DNA of 64,000 bases, from NCBI GenBank assembly GCA_964371025.1, contig CAYJKH010000003.1, positions 19,891 through 83,890 on the forward strand. The letters run 5' to 3'. Below the pieces are notes generated by a model. That model was given only the letters and a program-made list of their open reading frames with translations, was not told the origin of the DNA and did not search any database. The stretch is from an uncultured Muribaculaceae bacterium (GTDB lineage Bacteria > Bacillota_I > Bacilli_A > RF39 > UBA660). The position numbers were made by a program, and so were the translations under genes. Position 1 is the stretch's first letter, and each line of letters starts with the position of its first letter. Shown piece by piece: positions 57,914 to 64,000 of this stretch.

Positions 57914-58688
57914 TTAATACCTCCTCTATATCAGCGTATAAACCATCTAAAAAAACTTTTATATTCACATTGAACTCTAAATATTTAGTATTTTTTTTAA
58001 TAGTTTGTAGTAATTTTATATCACTATTACTTATTTCATTTCTTTCTATTTTATTAATAATAAATAAACTCAAGTTTTCTAAATTGGTAATTATAGACGC
58101 TTTATCAGCAAAGTATGATGTATTTAAAAAATTATATTCTAGAAATAACGTATTTTTTCCAATAAAAATATTATATAAATTCTTTATTTTTTCTTCATTT
58201 TTTATATCAATACTATTTTCTTTATTAGATATATCATATATTTGACATCTTGAAACAATAGTATCTACCACTTTATATCTATTATTAGTAAGTAAAAAAG
58301 CGATTATATTTGGCTCTGGTTCCTCTAAAAATTTTAAAATTGAATTAATACTGGAAATATTATAATTTTCTATTCCTTCTAAAATATATATTCTCTTGTC
58401 AGAAAGAACAGGAGTTTTACCGAACTCTTCCATTAATTTTTTTAAATCATTCTTTTTTACTAATTCCATAGCATTACTAATAATTTTTAAATCAGGATGA
58501 TTATTTTCTTCTATTAACTTTTCTTCTAACTGTTTATTTTTTGAGTTCTTAACTAAAATTTTTTTAACTAAATTACCAAAAAGAATTTCAACACTTTCAT
58601 AATTATCTATTTCAAATAAATAAGCATGTGAAATAGTGTTATCTTTTACCATTTTTTCAAACTGTTCGAACATTTGTTTTTGTTTCAT
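57906..58688 (-). CDS. holB: DNA polymerase III delta-prime subunit (divergent)
   Basis: 260 aa. The AAA+-like N-terminus has a degenerate Walker A. Its position between recR and yaaT is conserved. Confidence 0.6.
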   Translation of the reverse strand: MKQKQMFEQFEKMVKDNTISHAYLFEIDNYESVEILFGNLVKKILVKNSKNKQLEEKLIEENNHPDLKIISNAMELVKKNDLKKLMEEFGKTPVLSDKRIYILEGIENYNISSINSILKFLEEPEPNIIAFLLTNNRYKVVDTIVSRCQIYDISNKENSIDIKNEEKIKNLYNIFIGKNTLFLEYNFLNTSYFADKASIITNLENLSLFIINKIERNEISNSDIKLLQTIKKNTKYLEFNVNIKVFLDGLYADIEEVLNA

Positions 58689-58691
58689 ATT

Positions 58692-59285
58692 TTAGACCTC
58701 TTTTCTATCAGATAAAGCTCTTTCTAAAGTTAAACTATCAACATATTCCATTTCCATACCTATCGGTAACCCACTAGCTAATTTTGTTATTTTTACATTT
58801 ATACCTGTTAAAATTTTTTTTATATATAAAGATGTCATTTCACCCTCAATACTTGGTTTTAAAGCAAAAATTATTTCTTCTAAATTTTCTTCTTTAATCC
58901 GATTTATTAATTTTTCAATACCTATATCTTCTGGATTGATACCATCTAAAGGCGAAATCAATCCATCAAGAACATGATAAACACCTTTAAATATACCCAT
59001 TTTTTCAAATAGAAACACACTTTTCACATCGTCAACTATACATATTTCGTTGGTATTACGGTGCAAATTACTACAAACAAAACACACTTCATCTTCCGTA
59101 AGTATATTACATATATTACATTTTTTTATGTTACCATACACATCTAACAAACTTTTTGAAAACATCTCAATTTGTTCTTGTTCCATTCCCATAGTTGCAA
59201 AAGCTAATCTTTCCGCGGTTTTCTCCCCTATACCCGGAAGATTCTTAAAAGATTCAATTAATTTTTTTAAACTAGTCGGATACAT
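58692..59285 (-). CDS. recR: Recombination protein RecR
   Basis: HhH motif (LPGIGEKTAERLAF); zinc finger C-x2-C...C-x2-C; Toprim domain. Confidence 0.95.
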   Translation of the reverse strand: MYPTSLKKLIESFKNLPGIGEKTAERLAFATMGMEQEQIEMFSKSLLDVYGNIKKCNICNILTEDEVCFVCSNLHRNTNEICIVDDVKSVFLFEKMGIFKGVYHVLDGLISPLDGINPEDIGIEKLINRIKEENLEEIIFALKPSIEGEMTSLYIKKILTGINVKITKLASGLPIGMEMEYVDSLTLERALSDRKEV

Positions 59286-59581
59286 TAAAATAATCCTGGG
59301 ATATTCCCAAACTTACTCATTTTTCGTTCTGTTTCTGAATCTATTTGATTATTAAAATCATTTAGAGCTACCAATAACATATCCTCTAACATTTCTATAT
59401 CTTCTTTTTCTAAAACATTATCTTTTTCTATAGATATTTTAGTTATATTTTTATCTCCTTTTCCTTGAACTTCAACTAAGGCACTCTTCGCTATAAATTC
59501 TTTATTATTAATCTCATTTTTAACCTTTTCTATATCTTTTTGCAAACTTTGAGCTTGCTTCATCATCGCTTGTATATTCAT
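59285..59581 (-). CDS. ybaB: YbaB/EbfC-family nucleoid-associated protein
   Basis: 98 aa; MNIQAMMKQAQSLQKDIEK; position between dnaX and recR. Confidence 0.9.
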   Translation of the reverse strand: MNIQAMMKQAQSLQKDIEKVKNEINNKEFIAKSALVEVQGKGDKNITKISIEKDNVLEKEDIEMLEDMLLVALNDFNNQIDSETERKMSKFGNIPGLF

Positions 59582-59582
59582 T

Positions 59583-61265
59583 TTATTTCTCCTTTTCTAT
59601 TTCTACTACATTTCCGAATAAAATTTCTGCAGGATTACTTAGATTTTCATCAAGCTCATATTCCAATATCGGTTCATCTAACAATATGTAGTTTTTTCCA
59701 CTTTTTTTATTCAAAATATATTTTTCTTTTACCTTATCCCATTCATCATCTGTTATAATCGCAAATTTAACATTACTATCGGTTATTTCATTATAAATTT
59801 CTTCCATTTTTTGAATACATTTCATATATTCTTCAACTTTACTCTTATATTCATAACTTAAAACTATAATTTCTTCACTAGCAACCCTAAATACACTATC
59901 ACAAACACCACAAATATAATACCCTATTTCTGGATCAAACGCATATTTATTTAATAATCCTAAATTATCTTTATTTTTAGCTAACTCCATTTTATTTGCT
60001 TTTACCAAAGCATTATTTAATCTAACATCTATTATTTTATCCAAATTAATAGCAAAAGCATTAGTATTTTGCGAAATAGCTATTTCAACTTTTGTTTTAT
60101 TATTCCTATCAGAAATCACTTCATTATTTTTGATTTCTTTTTTTTCTTCCGGTTCAGTTTTAGACGTATTTTCATTTAAAACTACACAATCTGCTTTTTC
60201 AACTTTCTTTTCTTTTTGTTTTTTTTCATTTCCGATTGTACCATATAATGTAAAACATTCTAAAAACATTAATTCGATAGCTATTTTTATATCATCACTT
60301 TTTCTAATATCAAGTGATTTTTCATTAATATAAAACAACATTTCTTCTCGATAAGTATTAATCTCTGTGTTTTTTAAGTGACTTTCTACAATTATATCTC
60401 TCATTTTGTGAATTATCTGTTTTAAAATTAAATATAAATTCTTTCCTTCACAATAATATTCATTAATTTTTCGTAATATTTCTGAAATATTTTGTAACTC
60501 TATATCTTTTAAAATTTTTACTACCTCTTCTTCTGTAATAGTTCCTATAACTTCACTAAAATCATCCATATATATTTTTTCTTTTTTATAAGAATTCAAC
60601 TTATCTAATAGATTAAGAGCATCTCTCATTCCTCCATTAACCGAACTCGATATCGCTTCAAGAACATCTTTTTCGATATCAATTCCCTCTTCCGAAGAAA
60701 TTTCTGTCATTCTTTTTACAATTACACCCTCAGAAATCCTATCAAAAGAAAATGTTTGACACCTAGATATAATAGTTTCTGGTATTTTATGAACGTCAGT
60801 AGTCGCCAATATAAAAATCACATGTTCTGGAGGTTCTTCTAAAGTTTTTAATAATGCATTAAAAGCTCCAATAGACAACATATGCACTTCATCTATTATA
60901 TAGACTTTATACTTTAAATTAGTTGGTGAAATTAACACTTTGCTTTTTATTTCTCTTATTTCTTCTACACCATTATTAGATGCCGCATCTATTTCAATAA
61001 TATCAACATTGTTTTGATTATGCATACTTAAACAACTATTACATTCATTACAAATATCACCATTTTTAGGGTTTTCACAATTTATAGCCTTCGCAAAGAT
61101 CTTAGATATAGTTGTTTTCCCAGTACCTCGGGGACCTCCAAATATGTACGCGTGTGAATGACATTTATATTTGATAGAGTTTTTTAATGTTTCAACTATA
61201 ACTTTTTGTCCTACTACTTCTGAAAAATTAGTAGGTCTATATTTTCTATATAGTGCGTAATACAT
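59583..61265 (-). CDS. dnaX: DNA polymerase III subunits gamma/tau
   Basis: Walker A GPRGTGKTT; zinc module C-x2-C...C-x2-C; SRC motif. Confidence 0.95.
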   Translation of the reverse strand: MYYALYRKYRPTNFSEVVGQKVIVETLKNSIKYKCHSHAYIFGGPRGTGKTTISKIFAKAINCENPKNGDICNECNSCLSMHNQNNVDIIEIDAASNNGVEEIREIKSKVLISPTNLKYKVYIIDEVHMLSIGAFNALLKTLEEPPEHVIFILATTDVHKIPETIISRCQTFSFDRISEGVIVKRMTEISSEEGIDIEKDVLEAISSSVNGGMRDALNLLDKLNSYKKEKIYMDDFSEVIGTITEEEVVKILKDIELQNISEILRKINEYYCEGKNLYLILKQIIHKMRDIIVESHLKNTEINTYREEMLFYINEKSLDIRKSDDIKIAIELMFLECFTLYGTIGNEKKQKEKKVEKADCVVLNENTSKTEPEEKKEIKNNEVISDRNNKTKVEIAISQNTNAFAINLDKIIDVRLNNALVKANKMELAKNKDNLGLLNKYAFDPEIGYYICGVCDSVFRVASEEIIVLSYEYKSKVEEYMKCIQKMEEIYNEITDSNVKFAIITDDEWDKVKEKYILNKKSGKNYILLDEPILEYELDENLSNPAEILFGNVVEIEKEK

Positions 61266-61358
61266 TTTTACCTCCTTACTAAATAATATTATAACATATT
61301 TAGAACATTAAAAAAAAACAATTACTTGTTTTTTCGTTATCTCTTGATTTTTTTGTCA

Positions 61359-61438
61359 AATCAATGTTCCACGTGGAACATTGATTATTTCCCGGGAAAT
61401 ATTTTTGTCGCTTTTTCTAATGTTCCACGTGGAACATT
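61359..61438. repeat. Two copies of a perfect 18-bp palindrome ATGTTCCACGTGGAACAT (the first extends to 28 bp), flanking a perfect 14-bp palindrome ATTTCCCGGGAAAT
   Basis: Direct reading gives palindrome 1 at 61359-61386, ATTTCCCGGGAAAT at 61387-61400, and palindrome 2 at 61419-61438. The stretch overlaps the last 18 codons and stop of tadA and lies about 100 nt upstream of dnaX. Confidence 0.9.
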
Positions 61439-61888
61439 TTCTTTTTTTATAACTTTCTTGAACTCTAAATTAAATTTATAATCATTATTTAGTCTTGTGA
61501 TTTTAGTTTTTTTATTTAAATGATCTTGTTCTAAAATTTTATTAATAATGTTTGATTCATATGTGTTATTTTTGCTATCTAAATAATAAATATGATTTAT
61601 TCTTGCTTGTTTTATGGCGCTAGCACACATTGGGCAAGGCTCTAAAGTTATATATATATCACAACCGACAAGTCTCCAATTTTTGAGTTTTTTTGAAGCT
61701 TTAGATATAACAATCATTTCTGCATGTTTTGTGCAATCATTATTTTTTTCTTTTAAGTTATGTCCTTTCGCAATAATTTTATTATTTTTTACAATTATTG
61801 CTCCGACTGGAACTTCATTTTTTTCATAAGCCTTTTTTGCTTCTTTTATTACTTCTTTTATAAATTTTTCTTTCATATATAACTCCAA
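61385..61888 (-). CDS. tadA: tRNA-specific adenosine deaminase TadA, probably with a TTG start
   Basis: (M)ELYMKEKFIKEVIKEAKKA aligns with B. subtilis TadA MTQDELYMKEAIKEAKKA. HAE and PCPMC zinc-ligand motifs are present. The C-terminal 18 codons run through the palindromes. Confidence 0.8.
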   Translation of the reverse strand: MELYMKEKFIKEVIKEAKKAYEKNEVPVGAIIVKNNKIIAKGHNLKEKNNDCTKHAEMIVISKASKKLKNWRLVGCDIYITLEPCPMCASAIKQARINHIYYLDSKNNTYESNIINKILEQDHLNKKTKITRLNNDYKFNLEFKKVIKKENVPRGTLEKATKIFPGK

Positions 61889-61971
61889 AAAAATACGGTG
61901 TACATAAAAGTTAATTATTAAGGCTGCTGTCTTCCAACTCTGACCTGGTTCTAATACTTTTATTACACCGT
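61887..61971 (-). ncRNA. ffs: Small (4.5S-type) signal recognition particle RNA
   Basis: Minus strand reads ACGGUGUAAUAAAAGUAUUAGAACCAGGUCAGAGUUGGAAGACAGCAGCCUUAAUAAUUAACUUUUAUGUACACCGU followed by a U7 run. It contains the conserved SRP domain IV motif (CCAGGUCAG...GGAAG.CAGCAGCC; compare E. coli ACCAGGUCAGGUCCGGAAGGAAGCAGCC). A long terminal helix is formed by ACGGUGUA.../...UACACCGU. A TTTACA-17-TATAAT promoter lies at 61976-62004. Confidence 0.75.
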
Positions 61972-62006
61972 TTATATTATATATTTATTTCTGCTAGTTG
62001 TAAATA

Positions 62007-64000
62007 TTATTCTGCTATTTCTTTTTTATTTTCTGTTTCTTGTTCAGATTCTGTTTCAATTTCTTTTTCTACTACGGCTATTGTTGATATTTTGTGCTCT
62101 GCTTTTAAATTTATCAATCTTACTCCTTGTGTAGCTCTTTTAAGTTTAGAAATTTGATTTAATGGTAATTTTATAATAGTTCCATTATTAGTAATAATGA
62201 TAACCTCAAGTTGGTTGTGGATATCTGTATCGATACATTTTAAAGCAACCATCATACCGTTTTTATCAGTTAAATTTAGTGCTTTTACACCTTTACTTCC
62301 TCTGTGAGTCAATCTATATTCTTCTAAATCTGTTCTTTTTCCATAACCTTTTTCAGTTACAATTAAGATTTGTTGATCCTTTTTTACTATTTCTGCTCCC
62401 ACTACAACGGCATTTTCTAAATTAACACCCTTAACTCCAGCTGTATTTCTTCCCATTACTCTAATTTCTTGCTCATTAAATCTAACCATGCGACCATTAC
62501 TAGTTCCTATAACAAATTCATCAGTACCTGTTGTTTTATTAACACTTATTAACTCATCATTTTCTTTTAGTAATATAGCAATTTTACCTGTTTTACGAAT
62601 ATTTTCAAAATTTGATAAACTTGTTCTTTTAACCAATCCATTTTTAGTTGCAAAAATCAGTAATTCATCTTCATTTTCTTTATCCTCAATATTTATTATC
62701 GAACTAATGTTCTCATTTTTCTCTAATGATAATAAATTTACTATAGGTAGTCCTTTTGATTGTCTACTCATTTCAGGTATTTCATAGCCTTTTACTCTGT
62801 AAACTTTTCCTTTATTTGAAAACATCAATAAATAGTCGTGTGTTTTCATAGGAATTAAGTGTTCTACATAATCTGTTTCATTAGTACTCATTCCTTTTAC
62901 TCCTACACCACCTCTATTTTGTGTTTTATATGTATTTGTTTTCAATCTTTTTATATAACCATTATTTGTTAAAGTAATTACAATATCTTCAACTGGTATC
63001 AGCGATTCGTCTTCAATATATTCAATGGCTGTCATATCTATATTAGTTCTTCTATCATCTGCATATTTATCTTTTATTTCAGTCATTTCCTCTTTAATTA
63101 TATTTAAAACTAACTCTTCACTATTTAGAATTTTCTTCAATTCTTCAATTAGTTTATTTAATTCTACTAATTCCTCTTCAATTTTTTCTCTTTCTAATCC
63201 AGTAAGTCTTCTTAATCTCATATCTAGAATTGCTTGAGCTTGAATTTCTGATAATTTATAAATTTCAATTAAAGATGTTAAAGCAGTAGACTCATTTTTA
63301 GATTCTTTTATTAATTTAATTATAGCATCTATATGATCTAGAGCTATTTTCAAACCTTCTAAAATATGTGCTCTGTCCTCAGCTTTTCCTAAGTCAAATC
63401 TTGTTCTTCTTATTATAACCTCTTTTTGATAATCCACATATTTAGAGATAATTTCTTTAAGACCTAATACTTTAGGTACTCCTTGATCTAACATTAATAA
63501 AATTATCCCAAAATTAGTTTGGAATGCTGTATGTTTATACAAGTTGTTTAAAACTACTTGAGCATTTGCATCTTTTTTCAAGGTAATTGTTATTTTTATT
63601 CCATTTTTCAAATCAGTATGATAATCTGATATACCATCAATTACCTTATTATTAACTAATTCTGCTACTTTATTCTTTAAATCATGAGTATTAATTCCAT
63701 AAGGTACTTCGTCAATTATTATGTAATTACGACCTTTTTCTTCTTCTATTCTAGCCTTACTTCTTATAGTTATTGAACCACGCCCAGTTTCATAAGCTTT
63801 TTTAATACCGCTATTTCCTAAGATATTCGCTCCTGTTGGAAAATCTGGTCCTTTAATGTATTCCATCAACTCTTCTGTTGTTATATTATTGTTTTCAATA
63901 TATGCAATAGTTCCATCTATTACTTCTCCTAAATTGTGTGGAGGAATATTAGTTGCCATACCTACTGCTATTCCCATAGTCCCGTTTGTTAAGATATTAG
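62007..64000 (-). CDS. gyrA: DNA gyrase subunit A (C-terminal approximately 660 aa; the N-terminus lies beyond the window end)
   Basis: The ORF track begins at an internal Met (GIAVGMATNIPPHNL...). GyrA-box-like repeats lie in the C-terminal beta-pinwheel and the tail is acidic. Confidence 0.9.
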   Translation of the reverse strand, partial: NILTNGTMGIAVGMATNIPPHNLGEVIDGTIAYIENNNITTEELMEYIKGPDFPTGANILGNSGIKKAYETGRGSITIRSKARIEEEKGRNYIIIDEVPYGINTHDLKNKVAELVNNKVIDGISDYHTDLKNGIKITITLKKDANAQVVLNNLYKHTAFQTNFGIILLMLDQGVPKVLGLKEIISKYVDYQKEVIIRRTRFDLGKAEDRAHILEGLKIALDHIDAIIKLIKESKNESTALTSLIEIYKLSEIQAQAILDMRLRRLTGLEREKIEEELVELNKLIEELKKILNSEELVLNIIKEEMTEIKDKYADDRRTNIDMTAIEYIEDESLIPVEDIVITLTNNGYIKRLKTNTYKTQNRGGVGVKGMSTNETDYVEHLIPMKTHDYLLMFSNKGKVYRVKGYEIPEMSRQSKGLPIVNLLSLEKNENISSIINIEDKENEDELLIFATKNGLVKRTSLSNFENIRKTGKIAILLKENDELISVNKTTGTDEFVIGTSNGRMVRFNEQEIRVMGRNTAGVKGVNLENAVVVGAEIVKKDQQILIVTEKGYGKRTDLEEYRLTHRGSKGVKALNLTDKNGMMVALKCIDTDIHNQLEVIIITNNGTIIKLPLNQISKLKRATQGVRLINLKAEHKISTIAVVEKEIETESEQETENKKEIAE

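Noticed and set aside
61359-61438. LexA (SOS) box or DnaA box interpretation of the GTTCCACGTGGAAC palindromes
   Set aside because: The Firmicute LexA box is GAAC-N4-GTTC, which is the opposite half-site orientation and spacing. The DnaA-box match (TGTTCCACG versus TTATCCACA) is only 6 of 9. Neither fits.
1-64000. CRISPR arrays, tRNA or rRNA genes, IS elements and integrases
   Set aside because: No regularly spaced direct repeats, no cloverleaf-compatible segments in intergenic regions, and no transposase or integrase ORFs were seen.

Overview
This is a 64 kb, strongly AT-rich chromosomal window (roughly 25-30% GC by eye) from a low-GC, Firmicutes-like bacterium. Nearly all genes lie on the minus strand.

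Gene content and organism inferences:
- The content is dense housekeeping with Bacillus-like synteny: rplM-rpsI, secA-prfB, prfA-prmC, murA, argS, dnaB-rplI-rpsR-ssb-rpsF, cysS-mrnC-rlmB-sigH-like sigma, lysS-dusB-ftsH-tilS, spoVG-rsmA, metG-tatD, mfd-pth, and holB-recR-ybaB-dnaX-tadA-SRP RNA-gyrA.
- UGA functions as a stop codon, shown by the prfB recoding site.
- Cell-wall genes are present (murA, a TagO/WecA-like transferase, tagD, M23 peptidases, ftsEX). The organism is therefore walled and not a UGA=Trp mollicute.

The left edge carries a truncated EssC (type VII secretion ATPase) immediately downstream of rplM-rpsI. No other type VII secretion genes are visible.

The most unusual content is a tightly coupled seven-gene minus-strand operon (44960-49536) inserted between tatD and rsmA:
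- four tandem paralogous secreted proteins of about 200-215 aa, with TasA/camelysin-type SipW-cognate signal motifs and a shared C-terminal RLRMW motif;
- a SipW-type signal peptidase;
- two small membrane proteins.
I interpret this as a previously uncharacterised SipW-dependent TasA-like fibre or pilus-like surface system.

Other notable items:
- the prfB programmed +1 frameshift site, flanked by two extra single-base frame discontinuities at homopolymers;
- a SigH-position sigma factor followed by a tail-anchored 236-aa protein;
- twin perfect 18-bp palindromes plus a CCCGGG palindrome at the tadA/dnaX junction;
- a small (about 85 nt) 4.5S-type SRP RNA;
- structured candidate leaders upstream of rpsF and rplM;
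- a Gram-negative-style ftsE-ftsX-coiled-coil-M23 module;
- tandem YitT paralogs.

No CRISPR array, rRNA or tRNA was found.
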